Assembly (NCBI GenBank): GCA_965240325.2
Contig: OZ251225.1
Span: forward strand, 3,906,001 to 3,970,000
Reading direction: 5' to 3'
DNA: 64,000 nt
From: Rebecca billardiae RCC1528
Taxonomy: Eukaryota; Protista; Haptophyta
The notes under the pieces are model-generated. The model made no database searches, had not been told where the DNA came from, and worked only from the letters and a program-made list of their open reading frames with translations. This document shows positions 1 through 11,994 of the stretch, piece by piece (the first letter of the stretch is position 1; each line of letters begins with the position of its first letter). Position numbers and translations under genes: made by a program.

Positions 1-628
1 CGGTGACGCGCGCGCCAGCCGGTGCGCTACGCACAAGCTGGCCGGCATGGTTGACGTGAAGACCCACAAGTGTGATCACGCCGGCTGCACCAAGTGCCCC
101 TCATTCGGCATGCCCGGTGACGCGCGCGCCAGCCGGTGCGCTGCGCACAAGCTGGCCGGCATGGTTGACGTGGTGAGCCGCAAGTGTGATCACGCCGGCT
201 GCACCAAGTGCCCCTCATTCGGCATGCCGGGCGACGCGCGCGCCAGCCGGTGCGCTACGCACAAGCTGGCCGGCATGGTTGACGTGAAGAGCCGCCAGTG
301 TGATCACGCTGGCTGCACCAAGCAGCCTGCGTTCGGCATGCCAGGTGACGCGCGCGCCAGCCGGTGCGCTACGCACAAGCTGGCCGGCATGAAGCGCCTT
401 CGGAGTGGTGCGCACAAGCGAGGGCTGGAGCAAGTCGTGAGCACCAAAGAAGTGAGCGCCGCCAAGCGACAGCGGAAGCGCACCAGCAGCACAGCCACTG
501 CCTCGGACGTTGTAGCAGCGCGGCGGCCGCGATCGCAGCTGCCGCCACTGGTCACAGCCAGCGTCGTAACGACGCCGTCGCATGTACGACCCGTGGTGAT
601 GGCCAGGCGGGTACGGCCTACGGCCTGA
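1..628 (+). CDS. 3' part of an EsV-1-7-type cysteine-rich repeat protein (5' end lies outside the window)
   Basis: Tandem 117-bp/39-aa units KCDHAGCTKCPSFGMPGDARASRCAxHKLAGMVDV match the C-x4-C...C-x2-H-K-x3-M-x-D-V pattern of the EsV-1-7 repeat. A basic NLS-like tail (KRQRKR) follows; stop at 628. Confidence 0.75.
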   Translation, partial: GDARASRCATHKLAGMVDVKTHKCDHAGCTKCPSFGMPGDARASRCAAHKLAGMVDVVSRKCDHAGCTKCPSFGMPGDARASRCATHKLAGMVDVKSRQCDHAGCTKQPAFGMPGDARASRCATHKLAGMKRLRSGAHKRGLEQVVSTKEVSAAKRQRKRTSSTATASDVVAARRPRSQLPPLVTASVVTTPSHVRPVVMARRVRPTA

Positions 629-1037
629 CGAGTGACGGGCTGCGCTCGAGCACTAGTCGAGCAGCACCGTTCAACTTCATGGCGATGAGCAAGGACGGTG
701 AGCGGCCGTCAACTCTCAGTGAGCCGATGAGTGACACGGACGAGGTTGCTGGGCCCCGCTCGCTCGCTGTGCGGCCTTGCTCCGCGGCAGCAACCAACTG
801 GCAACCGTGCGGCTGAGTGGCGGAGTCGCGCACTCGACGAGTGACTCGACCGCAGGCGGGCCAACTCGGTCGGGGCCAAGGGCCTTGGGCGGGCGGCGCC
901 GCATGCCCAGCTGCGTAACAACTAATTATAAAGCCGGCCTGGGCGCGGATTGGCGGAAAAGAAAGCCGGCCTGGGCAGGGCGGGCCTCTCTGGACGAGTG
1001 GACGGCTACGCGAGCCCGAGCCCGCCCGTCTCGCGCC

Positions 1038-1916
1038 ATGACGACGGCGCTGGTGATGCTCCTGAGCTCGGTGGCGCAGGTGCAGGTCGGCCGTGTCTTC
1101 CATGGCGTGATGGAGATGAACTGCCCCACGCTCGCCGGCGCGGTGTGGACCAAGACTTCCCTTCTCACCGGCGACTGCACGCTGACCGGCCGCTGGTCGT
1201 GCTCGCCGTTGTCCGGCTGGTGCCAGGGAGCGGGCTCGTACCGCGTCGGGCCGATGTCAGAGCCGCCATTTCAAGCGTTCTGCTGCTCGCCCGACCCCTT
1301 CTCGCCGCCGCCGCCCAGCCCGCCGCCGCCGCCCGCCTCGGACGCGTGCGTGTCGGACGAGTACGTGCAGAGCCCCGAGGGGCTGGTCGCGCGGCTGACG
1401 GGCAGCTGGTGCAACCCGCGGTGGGCGGGGGGACCGTACATGCCGTGCGTCGCGCATGCGACGTACTGCGCCTACCTCGGCCAGCCGGACGGCCTGGGCG
1501 GCTCGGCGTACGCGTGCGCGTGCCACCCAGGCTACGAGGCGGTGCCGAGCGCCTCCCTGGACGCGCTCCAGTGCGTGCTCTGCACCAACGGCTGGCGCCC
1601 GTCGTGGTGGGCGGCGCCAACGCGCGCGAGCCACGGCTGCGAGGCGCTGCAGGCGGAGGCACGCGCGCCGGCCGCGGCCGCGCTCGCACCGGGCAGCGCA
1701 GGCCAGCCCTCGGCGTCCGCACAGCCGCAGGGGCAGCTGCAGCCACCACCGCTGCTGCTCGTGCTGCTGCTGCTGCCGGCTTTTGCGGCGGGTGCACTCG
1801 TGGCCAGCCGCGTCGCACGCGCAGCGGGTGGCACCCGTGGCGCGCCGCCGAGCGGACCTGTGATGGGTAGCGGGTGCGAGCGAGGCACTGCTGACGCCGT
1901 GCTGGGCATGCTGTGA
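1038..1916 (+). CDS. Putative secreted/type-I membrane cysteine-rich protein
   Basis: From MTTALVMLLSSVAQ (signal-like): Cys-rich segments, an SPPPP linker, an EGF-like CACHPGY motif and a hydrophobic helix LLLVLLLLPAFAAGALVA near the C-terminus. Confidence 0.6.
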   Translation: MTTALVMLLSSVAQVQVGRVFHGVMEMNCPTLAGAVWTKTSLLTGDCTLTGRWSCSPLSGWCQGAGSYRVGPMSEPPFQAFCCSPDPFSPPPPSPPPPPASDACVSDEYVQSPEGLVARLTGSWCNPRWAGGPYMPCVAHATYCAYLGQPDGLGGSAYACACHPGYEAVPSASLDALQCVLCTNGWRPSWWAAPTRASHGCEALQAEARAPAAAALAPGSAGQPSASAQPQGQLQPPPLLLVLLLLPAFAAGALVASRVARAAGGTRGAPPSGPVMGSGCERGTADAVLGML

Positions 1917-2731
1917 CTCGATCTGCCATCGGCATTGCTGACGCGATGACGTGGATGCGCCCGAGTCTGACACGGCGCCACGCGGCACGCCCACCGGAGT
2001 CGGCATCGTGAATGTGATCGAGTCATCGACGTCGTGCCGTCGTGCCGTGACCTCCGCGCCCTCCGGCCGATGTTCGTCACGACGCCGTACGAGTACCGGT
2101 ACGGCACGACACGTGACACGGCCGGGTCCGGTCACGTGACGGCACGGCAGTTCTGAGTGGCAGTGACGACAGTGACCGGGTCACTCTTGATGCGCTGACG
2201 CTCGGAGCCGTAGAGTGAGCTGAGTGAGTCCGGCCAGTCCCGGCCAGCCGGGCCGCCGGCCAGTCGCCGTCGGACGACCGACCGATGGCTGCGGACGGCG
2301 TCGTGCCCGACGCGGTACGCGGCGGGAAGTACTCATCGAGACTTTACAAATACAATGGTACTCTGACTCTGTCTCTAGAGTCCGAGTAGCGTAGTCGCCT
2401 CAGACTACACGCGTCGCGTTATATATATATATATATTGATGCGCGCTGCCGAGCAGCGCTGATGCTGCTGATGCTGCTGATGACGACGACGACTCTGACG
2501 AACTTCACTCTTCAGTCAACTGACCGCGGGCCAGGCTGCGGGCCCGCCCGGGACCGGGGGCCTAGGCCGTCGCAAGGAACCATCGATCACGACGAAGCCT
2601 GTCTGCTGATCCAAGATTCATCAGCGCTGGTGATGACGATGTCGAGGGGCCCCGGCGGCTGGCGGCAGCACTGCTCAGGGCAGCACGCGGCAGCTGCCAG
2701 CACCACGGCGGCATCGCGCGCACCAGCGTCG

Positions 2732-4007
2732 TCACACGTACATCTCCCCGGCGTCGAGCGCCTCCGAGTCGTTGATCTGGCCGTACCGCTCTCGGCCGGC
2801 GATGGCGGGCACCGTGGCGCGCCCTCTCTGCGTGCGCAGCGCGTCCACCTTGGCGGCGACGTTGGAGCCCACGCGTCGCAGCAGGCTCGGGCGGCCTCCC
2901 GGCGCGCCCGATGCTGCACCCGCGGCAACGCCACCCGCGCCCGCAGCCGCACCGCCCGCCGCCCCAGCCACGCCGCCCGCGCGCGCCCCCGACGGGGCCG
3001 TGCTCCCGCCGCCCGGGGCGCCGACGCTCGCGGCGGGCAGTCTGAACTCGCACTCCTGGCCGGGCTGCGCCGCATCGGGCAGCCGAACGAGCACGCTGCG
3101 CCCGTTGGCGCCCACGTTGATGGTCTGGCCGCCGCGCACGCCCGGTGGCACGGTGATGCGCAGCACCACCTCGTCGCTCTGCTGCTGCTCGCACGGGGCG
3201 CGAGTGCGCGGGGGCGGGCGCAGGCGCGAGGAGGGCGCGAGGGCGCGTCACCGCGGGCGCCAGGCGCGCGTTCGAGCGCCGGTGGAGCGCGCCGCGTGCG
3301 AGCGCTACCTGTTGCGGCTGCGGCCCGGCGGGGATCTCCACCCTCAGCATGGAGCCCACATCCGCCAGGATGGGCACGCGCACGATGAAGCGCGAGCCGT
3401 CCGCCAAGCTGACGGCCAGCGAGCGCCCCGGGCGCCACGCGTCAGGCACGCGCACGTAGATGGTGCCGCCGCCCTCGGGCGCGCGCTGTATGCGGCGCAT
3501 CGAGGAGGTGTCAGGCGCCCCGTCGCTCGACGCGAGGTCGGCCATTGGCAGGGCCGGGGCCGCAGGGCCGCCGACCTCGGTGGGCGGCGGCGCGGCGTCC
3601 GACGGGCCGTCGGGTGGCGCCGCTGCGCCCGTCGGCTCCGATGCACCGCCCGGGAGCTGCGGTTGCGCGTGGGCGGCCTCTGGCGGCGCTGGCAGCCCGA
3701 GCCCGAGCGGATCGGCGGTGCCATCCGCCTCAGGGGCTGCCCCCGTCGGCGGTGCGTGCGCAGGCACGGGATGGGTCGCGTCGACCTGGCCAAACAGCGA
3801 GGACATCTGGGAGGGCGCCTCGGCTCCCGCGTGCTGCTCAAAAGGGTTGTCTGCACCGCCGCCGTGGGCAGCGGGCGAAAGGCCGTCCAGAGACATGCCC
3901 GCCAAGTCGCCCACGCCCTGCGGCGTCGGCTGCGGCGCTGCCTGCGTCGTCGCGGAGTTGCTGGCGTCCCATGGCGCATACGCGGGAGGCGGCGCGTCAG
4001 TCGACAT
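2732..4007 (-). CDS. Hypothetical protein, two exons, with a duplicated VxVP-G module
   Basis: Start MSTDAPPP at 4007; donor cag|gtagcg at 3308. Two similar modules (IYVRVPDAWRPGRSLAVSLADGSRFIVRVP and LRITVPPGVRGGQTINVGANGRSVLVRLP) lie in different frames joined by an intron of about 120 bp. Confidence 0.6.
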
Positions 4008-4552
4008 GCTGATGATTGTGAGCAGGGCTTTCAACCCTCGGGAATTCGGGCTGGCCAGGATTTTTTTTGTTTTCGCTCATGATGGGCAGGCGACAGACAG
4101 AATGATGGCGCGCCTCTGACGCGGCCACGCGGGGACAAGTGGCGTAGTAGTAGTTCTTGGCGGTGGCCGGCGCGCGCCTCGTATCCGAGTCATCAGGAGT
4201 GCCAAAGCGGCCCACTGTACGCCAGGTCGAAGCACCGATCTTTGATCTGCCGCGCAGATGCTTCACGGCATGCTATCGCACTATGATTTCATCGCCCCGC
4301 GGCAATGTCCGCGTGACCGCGTCGCGTCGCCGACAACTGCACGTCACGCTCCGCTCACCGGTCCGCGCCGAGGGCCGCAAGTGTGCAATGTGGCCGCGGG
4401 GCAAGAAATGCGAAGCCGGGTAAGACGAGCGGGGCACTCCAGGCCGTGAGGCCATCCAGAAGCCGCGGGACCGCGCCAGCTGTCGCTGGATGTGCGCGCC
4501 AGTGGCCGCACGAGTCCACGCGTGCGCACCCCTGCAAGTCAGTGCGTGGGAG

Positions 4553-5665
4553 CAAGGGTAGTAAGGGTGAGCAACTCCGCTGGCGACAGCCGCGAAGGTC
4601 GGCAGCCCTCTGTTTGCCGCGAGCGGAGCGGAGCGAGTACTATCAGCGGCGGAGGGCGCTGAGGCCGCGCACGGCGTGAGGCGCGGCGTCGGCCGAGTCG
4701 GTCCGCGGAGGATGCGCGGCTCTCGGCCCGCTGCGCAGCGGCAGTGCGCCTCACTTTGCCCCGAGCGCCGTCCTCCGCGTCGCCTCCTTCCCGCCTTGGA
4801 GCAGCACGCATGTGCGCGCCGCCACCTTGAAGGCGGCACGGGCTTGCTCAGACAACCGCGCGCGCGTGGCGCGCGACTTGGTCGGCTGCGCGCGCGCGCC
4901 GCTGCGGTGCAAGGTAGCGCCGCCGCATGCGCGCGCCGTGCCAGCGCGAGAGCGTGTGCGCGGACCTGAGTGCGACCTCACACACATGTCGAATGCTGCT
5001 TGGCATCCGACTTGCGGACTGACGGGAAGCTGGAAAAGACAGCGGCGTGAGTGTTGGTACCATCGATGCGGAGCCTTAGCGTCCACTTGCATTCGTGCTA
5101 GGAAGGAATAGACAAGACTAGGCCTTCGTCCTGGGTATCCAATGTCACTCAACACCTCGCTGATCGACCCGACGAGTGCCAGCGTGAGGCACAGCAAACC
5201 ATGGCGTGTGAGCAAGCAGACAAGTGAGCACTACGCTTACGAGATGGCCGTGAGTGAAGGCTCGCGCGGGCACGGCGCGCGCATGCGGCGGCGCTACCTT
5301 GCACCGCGGCGGCGCGCGCGCGCAGCCGACCAAGTCGCGCGCCACGCGCGTGCGGTCGTCTGAGCAAGCCTGTGCCGCCTTCAAGGTGGCGGCGCGCACA
5401 TGCGTGCTGCTCCAAGGCGGGAAGGAGGCGACGCGGAGGACGGCGCTCGGGGCAAAGTGAGGCGCACTGCCGCTGCGCAGCGGGCCGAGCGCCGCGCATC
5501 CTCCGCGGGCCGACTCGGCCGACGCCGCGCCTCACGCCGTGCGCGGCCTCAGCGCCCTCCGCCGCTGATAGTACTCGCTCCGCTCCGCTCGCCGCTCGCG
5601 GCAAACAGAGGGCTCCCGACCTTCGCGGCTGTCGCCAGCGGAGTTGCTCACCCTTACTACCCTTG
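4553..5665. mobile_element. Non-autonomous foldback DNA transposon, P-superfamily-like (family A)
   Basis: ~400-bp TIRs with termini CAAGGGTAGTAAGGG...CCCTTACTACCCTTG; 7-bp TSD GTGGGAG at 4546-4552 and 5666-5672; second copy at 24128-25342. Confidence 0.9.
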
Positions 5666-5736
5666 GTGGGAGGAGCCACTCCGACTGGACCAGGCGGAGG
5701 AGGTGGTTACAGACGGAAAAGTCCGTTGTGACAAGA

Positions 5737-5802
5737 GAGGTCGTTACGAACAATGTAGTATGCGGGAGGTCGTTACGAACAATGTAGTATGCGGTTACGA
5801 AC
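5737..5802. repeat. Short tandem repeat (~29-bp unit, just over 2 copies)
   Basis: gaggtcgttacgaacaatgtagtatgcgg occurs twice, followed by a partial ttacgaac. Confidence 0.7.
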
Positions 5803-6339
5803 GGTCGACGTAACGACTCGACCGATCCCGAGTCCACTAGTCCAGACGTCGAATGCATGTTGGCATGAGACCCAATTAATATTCATCTTGCATCGCGTCA
5901 ATAGACGCTATTACGAACTTTGGATCATTACCGCACCCCCATCAATACTTGCACGGATCATTCCGTCAAGTATTACGTTAACTCACAGTATCTTTCCTCC
6001 CGCGGAAGATGACCGTTCAGGTTCTCCAGGCTTCTGATTGGCTCAAACAAGGCGCACGGGGCTCACTGAAGGCATGCAAACGTTGATGTCTCGAGATCAT
6101 ATTGAGATACGGCGCTTGCGGCCAATCAACGCGAGGTCGGACACGTCCGCCTGCTAAAGTTCGGGTAGCTGTTGCTAGATTCCTAGGCTCCTTCTCATCA
6201 CGTGCTTTGAGCTTGATGTGCAATTACACGCCCTGACCCGAGCCCGTTGCACTTCGGGCCGGCTGAGTGGTTCACGTCTCTCGGGAAAGGTCACCCGGGA
6301 ACACGGGCGGCTTGACGGCCATCTGGAAGCCGTGACGTG

Positions 6340-6612
6340 ATGTCCTTCGATTTCGGAGACTCCAATGAAAAGAGCATGCACATGAACCCTTGCGAGGCAA
6401 TCGATCGTCAGACGAGCGTATCCCTCGCAACCGACGCATACCACATCAACCGCGACGACACCTGCTCGCAGGTGTGCATTCCGCACCAGTTTGCGTTCGC
6501 CGCGAGGATGAGGGGCGTGCACTTCGGGGACTCGTGCCAGCACCTAGGCTACTCGCACGAGTTCGAGGACGGTGTCAACAGGGGAGTGCACTTCTTCAAG
6601 TTCTACCGCTAG
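6340..6612 (+). CDS. Small hypothetical ORF or terminal exon
   Basis: About 90 aa of non-low-complexity sequence with GC3-biased codons (...CSQVCIPHQF...CQHLGYSHEF); no family recognised. Confidence 0.35.
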   Translation: MSFDFGDSNEKSMHMNPCEAIDRQTSVSLATDAYHINRDDTCSQVCIPHQFAFAARMRGVHFGDSCQHLGYSHEFEDGVNRGVHFFKFYR

Positions 6613-7741
6613 TGCGACGGCGCCCTGCGCCATTCTGGCACTTGTGGCGTGGCCGCTGCACTTTGGCCACGCATCATTGCATAGCGTCGTGCGGATAGCC
6701 GCGTGAACGCACGCGGCTGGGGCGCGGGCGAGCTCAGCTCGCGCTCAGCGTTTGGCGCGTTGACGAGGGCGACTGCGAGTGGCCGTCCACATTTAAGAGA
6801 CGCTCTTCGTGCCGCCCTGAACTTGGGGAGACCCATCTGATTGGCGGGGCCGCGTGCCGCCGGACTGGAGGCGGAGGCGGGCAGCCCAGATCGCGGTACG
6901 CCGGGGTCCCTGTCTGTCAGAGCAATCCATCAAGGCTCGTTGCCACATGCGGTGACGATCCAGTCACACTGTGACGTCTATTAGCAATGGTCAATACCGT
7001 ACTGATGAGTCATATGCACATGGATCCGATTCTCACGATACCGTGCAAGTCCGCCGCGTCGGGCGCCGCGTCAGCCCCGTCCGGCGTCGCGGTCTCGGAA
7101 GCAGTGCCAGTAGTTACAGTTTACTAAGAATGACGCACACAGCTCAGGCAGGCGAGATAGCTTAGGACAGTACTTAGTGACTTAGTCCGAAGGCGCCGCG
7201 GCCGCCAGTCGCCCGGCCGAGCCGCAGCCGTGAGTCGGTCGCCCTCAGTCCCGCGCGGCCACGGCCCGCGGCCGTGATGCCTGCCTCAGTGAGTCCTACT
7301 GCCTGATGGCGGCTCGGACGGAGCCTGCCACCGCGGGCCCGGCGACGCGCGGCGCGCTGCCGGCTGGCGACTCGCGGCCGGTCCCGAGACGACTGACTGT
7401 GACTGTGAGCTCGTACTACTATACGCAGGCTCCGCAGCGGGCCAGCGGGGCATGCCGCATGGTCGCACTGACGCATGGACCGCATGCGTCCATGGCGGTG
7501 CCGCCGGCACCGTGCCTGCCGATGGCGAGTAGTACCATGGACACCGAGTATACTGACGCATGAGGCCGTCAGCGGCGGCCGACCGGCGGTGCGCCAGCGG
7601 CCACGGCCCGCGCCGCGGCCCCCACCTGCCACCACGGGGCCCGCGGGCGCGGCGGGTGGCTCGAGAGTCGAGCAGCGGCCGCGAACGCCATCACGTGGAA
7701 TCAAGTGCGCAACGCTGCCGCACGGCGCCGCAGCGGCACGA

Positions 7742-9109
7742 TCAGAAGAGTGATGGTGTAGTCGGCCTCGCATGGACGGTGTCTGGCTCAGCGCGGCTGA
7801 GCGTTCCGCCGCTCGGCTCCCGCCCGCTGGAGCCGCCGCTGTCCACGATGGTGCCCCGTGGCTCTCGGTCGTCCGTCTCTGCAGCCGGGCGCCAGGCAGG
7901 CGGTGGGCACACACTCCTCCGCAAGCTGAGCTGAAGTCGACGTCGCTCGAGGCACGGCTCCGCGCCGAGCGCGCGCATGTACGCCTCCGCGCTCAGCGCG
8001 CCGTCCCACGCGGGGTACTCGAACATGCGCAGGTCAGCCGCCGCCCACTCGGACACGGCGCGCGCCAGCTCGGGCGTGTAGTGCGCTCGCAGCTGGCGGT
8101 CGGCGCCGGTGGTGTGTGCGCGCGCGCGCGTGGCGTTGCACGGCTCGGCGCTCGGCACGGGCATGGCCACGTCGCCCCGCGGCACGAGGCGTAGCGCTGC
8201 GGAGCACGGCACGCGCGGAGGGTGGTAGAAGCAGTCGCCCGCGCCAGGCAGCGGCGCCAGCCGCGCGCCGTACTCGCGCCATGCGCTCCGCGCGCCCCAG
8301 CCGCTCTCCGCCGCGCGCGACACGCCGAGCGCGTGCGCGACCGGTGCGTACCACTGGTCGAGCTGCTCGATCTTGAGCGCAAAGTCGTAGCGCATGCCGG
8401 CGGGCAGCAGGCAGTGCTCGCTCAGCGGCGAGTAGTGCACGTTGAGCTGGCCCGCGCCGTGCGCGGCGATGACCGCGTTCACAAACGGGCCGAAGCCCGA
8501 GCCGCGCACGTACCCGCGCGGCCGGAAGTGGCTGCGGGCGCGGCGGCGCCAGGGCGCGGGGAGGCGCGCGCGCACGCGGCCGCGGTGATCGAGGCGCGCC
8601 GCGTGGCGGAGCGGACGCGCGGGTCGCCGCGCGCACATGCCCCCCTTCGCGACGATCTTGTCCAGGTACCCCGAGAGCAGCCGCGAGTACGGGTTGCGCA
8701 CAAAGAGCAGACGCGGCACCGAGCGGTCGGCCAGCGCCAAGCGGAAGGCCGGGTCGGGCTCGGCCGGCGCGCGGTGCGGCACGCTGATCGGCGTGCCGTT
8801 GACGATGCCAAGCGCAGGATGCGCGCGCAGCAGCAGCAGCTTCCACGCGACGGAGCTCACCTTCTGGTTGAGGCAGAGCACCGCGCGCCGGCCTGTGCTC
8901 GGCGAGCGGAAGAGGAACGGCCGCGCGTCCTGCATCGTCTCGAAGCGCTCGGCCGGTGGCGCCGCGAATGGCGCGCTGGGCGGGTTGGGCGACGCCCATG
9001 GCTGAAGCGCCTCGTCCACCCCGGCCAAGTCCGGCCAGAACGCACGCTCTCCGGCTGCCACGCCCCACAGGGTCAGCAGCCGCACGACCGTCCGCCATCG
9101 CCGTCTCAT
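7742..9109 (-). CDS. Carbohydrate sulfotransferase (Sulfotransfer_2 family)
   Basis: N-terminal signal/anchor; 5'-PSB-like LNQKVSSVAWK; 3'-PB motif LFVRNPYSRLLSGYLDKI; HYSPLSEHC and YDFALKIEQL; in-frame 105-bp intron at 8532-8636. Confidence 0.85.
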   Translation of the reverse strand: MRRRWRTVVRLLTLWGVAAGERAFWPDLAGVDEALQPWASPNPPSAPFAAPPAERFETMQDARPFLFRSPSTGRRAVLCLNQKVSSVAWKLLLLRAHPALGIVNGTPISVPHRAPAEPDPAFRLALADRSVPRLLFVRNPYSRLLSGYLDKIVAKGGMCARRPARPLRHAARLDHRGRVRARLPAPWRRRARSHFRPRGYVRGSGFGPFVNAVIAAHGAGQLNVHYSPLSEHCLLPAGMRYDFALKIEQLDQWYAPVAHALGVSRAAESGWGARSAWREYGARLAPLPGAGDCFYHPPRVPCSAALRLVPRGDVAMPVPSAEPCNATRARAHTTGADRQLRAHYTPELARAVSEWAAADLRMFEYPAWDGALSAEAYMRALGAEPCLERRRLQLSLRRSVCPPPAWRPAAETDDREPRGTIVDSGGSSGREPSGGTLSRAEPDTVHARPTTPSLF

Positions 9110-9714
9110 CGTCTCCGGATATGACTTTAGCGGCGCTCAGTTTTTTGTGAGGACTGAGGACCTTTCCGCCGGACGGGTGCTCATCGATCGTACGTTTTCG
9201 GCGGGACGGGAGAGAAAACAGCAGTACTGGTAGTCACAAGTAAGTCACTTCGTCGCGATGCGGCCCGGATGCGCGCCGAGCTCTCCGCATGCACAAGTCC
9301 GACAGGCGACATCTACGGTGTAGCAGTGTCAACAACGTACCGGCTCAGTCGCATCACGATCAATGTGGACGGCTTGTGCAGCCCCGCCCCGCTCCGCGAG
9401 GAGCAGGGGCGGGCGCGCACGTCCCCGTCCGCAGGCAACTGGCGGTCATCCGGACAGTCCGAGGCGGTCTTCGGCGTCGTAGCAGAGGCATCATGGGTCA
9501 GTCGGACGAGGTTGTGGCCGATGGTGGAGCCGCGGCCACGCACCAGGCGCGCGCGTGCCGCAGGCGGCGCGGCGCGCTTGCACCCAGCGCGCGACGCCTC
9601 CGATCCCCTCCCTACCCCGCTGCCCCGCGGCAGTGGCTGCGCCACCGTGCCAGGCGGGGAGCGGTCCCTCCTGGGCCGCACGCCGCGCGCGTGCAGCCAG
9701 GCCGCGTCGGGCGC

Positions 9715-11657
9715 TTAGCTCGAGCGGGCGTAGTACTCCTTGAGCACCTGCTCGGCGGACGGGGGCGCGCGCGGGGGGGCGAGGCGCGTGAGCGCGGCTC
9801 CGCTCGGCGGGCGCGCTCTCTGCGCGTGCGCGCCGGCCGGGCAGGCCGCGCACCTTCTCGGGGATGCGCTTGAGGAGCTCCTTGGGGAAGGTTCGGAGCA
9901 GCGACCACGCGAGGTCGAGCGTGTCGAAGATGGTGCGGTTCTCGTACGGGCCCTGGTTGACGAACTTGGACTCGAACTTGTCGAGGAACTCGAGGTAGAG
10001 GTGGTCCTCCGCCGAGAGCGCCTCCTCGCCGACGACCGCCTTCATCGCCATCACGTCCTTGCCGATGGCGTAGTTGGCGTAGAGCTGGTTTGAGACGTCG
10101 CCGTGGTCGCGGCGCGTCATGTCGGCGCCGATGGCGGACTTCATGAGGCGCGAGAGCGAGGGCAGCACGTTGATGGGCGGGTAGATCTGGCGGTTGTGCA
10201 GCTGCCGGTCGACGTAGATCTGGCCCTCCGTGATGTACCCCGTCAGATCGGGGATCGGGTGCGTGATGTCGTCGTTGGGCATGGTGAGGATAGGGATCTG
10301 CGTGATGGAGCCGTTGCGGCCCTCGACACGGCCCGCGCGCTCGTAGATGGTCGCGAGATCGGTGTACATGTAGCCGGGGTAGCCGCGGCGGCCGGGCACC
10401 TCCTCACGCGCGGCGGACACCTCACGCAGCGCGTCGGCATACGACGACATGTCCGTCGCGATCACGAGCACGTGCTTGTCGCAGTCGTACGCAAGGTACT
10501 CGGCAGTGGTGAGCGCAATGCGCGGCGTGATGATGCGCTCGATGGTCGGGTCGTTGGCGAGGTTGAGGAAGAGGGTGACGCGCTCCATCGCGCCGTTCTC
10601 CTCGAAGTCGTGCTTGAAGAAGCGGGCGGTCTCCATGTTCACGCCCATCGCCGCGAACACGATGGCGAACGACTCCTCCGAGTCGTCGCCCGTCGTCGCC
10701 TTGACGTTCTGCTTGACGAGGCCGGCCTGGCGGCAGATCTGCGCGGCAATCTCGTTGTGGGGGAGGCCGGCGGCGGAGAAGAGCGGGATCTTCTGGCCAC
10801 GCGCGATCGAGTTCATCGCGTCGATCGTCGAGATACCCGTCTGGATCATCTCCTCCGGGTACGTGCGGTTGAACGGGTTGATCGGCTGCCCGTTGATGTC
10901 GAGGTACTCCTCCGCGAGCACGCGCGGGCCCTTGTCAATCGGCTTGCCCGAGCCGTTGAAGGCGCGGCCGAGCATGTCCTCGGACACCGGGGTCTTGAGC
11001 ACCTCGCCGGAGAAGGCGACCGACGTGCCCTTGTTGTCGATGCCCGAAGTGCCCTCGAACACCTGCGCACCGTCCGTGCCGCGCGCGCGCGCGCGCGCCG
11101 AGCCGCTCAGCACGCGGCGCCGCGCCGGGCGCGGCCGAGTGCCGGGCAGCGGCACGGCGTGCGCGCTCGCAGTGCACGCACCTGCACGACGGCCTTGGAG
11201 CCCGAGACCTCAAGGCACTGGCCCGAGCGCTTGCTGCCATCCGCGAGCGTCAGCTCGACGATCTCGGCGAACGTCGGGTTCTGCGCGCGTCATTAGCGGG
11301 CGGGCGGCGCCAACGATGCATTAGCCAGATGCGCGAGCGGGCGTACGTGCCGAGCGACGGGCGGGTGCGCGCGCCACGCGAGCGCCGCCGCGAGCAGTGA
11401 CGTACCCGGACATTCTCCAGGATCACGAGCGGGCCGTTCACGCCCTGCACCGTGCGGTACGCTGCGCGCGCATCGCGTCGCGCGGGATGCGCCCGAGCTC
11501 GTCAGCGCGTGCGCGCCGCACCCTCGGAGCTCCGGCGGCCGCCGAGCCGCGCGCGGGGGTGGGACGCGCGGAGTGGGGACGCGTGCGCGTGGCGCGCACA
11601 AAGCCGGGGCTGGACGATGTAGTCGCGCGTCGCCGCATCCACAGCCGCCTTGCTCAT
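9715..11657 (-). CDS. ATP6V1B: V-type H+-ATPase subunit B, five exons
   Basis: Canonical sequences [47 protein letters not shown] and [26 protein letters not shown]. Start MSKAAV at 11657; last exon [10 protein letters not shown]; four short introns. Confidence 0.97.
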
Positions 11658-11994
11658 CACTGCAGGTCGCGATGTGCTCTCGGCCGAGGTCTCCTTCAGC
11701 TTCGGGCGAGGACTCGGGGGCAGCAGGGCAGCCTGCTGCCGATGAGGCCGGGGCCCGCACGCGTGATTCGGTCCGGGGCGCATTCAGACTCGCGCTGGGC
11801 GTGAGGTGCGCCGAGCAGCCGGACGGCGCAAGTCCGGGAGCCGCACCGGCGCAGGTGGGAAGCCGCGAAGGGCGCGGTCCGGACAGTGCGCCTCAAAGTC
11901 CGGACGGCGATGCGAACGTGCGCCTTCAGCAAAGAGCTGCCGCGGACGAGCGCGCTCGCCCACGCCGTCGGCGGCACCGCTCGACGCACGGCGC

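Noticed and set aside
4273-5813. Many Arg/Ala-rich ORFs within the foldback elements
   Set aside because: Stop-poor GC-rich TIR sequence, mirrored on both strands, with no transposase motifs.
5944-5976. AAGTATTAC, a circovirus-type nonamer, within a hairpin
   Set aside because: The nonamer lies in the stem (aatacttg...caagtatt) rather than the loop, and it is 30 kb from rep.
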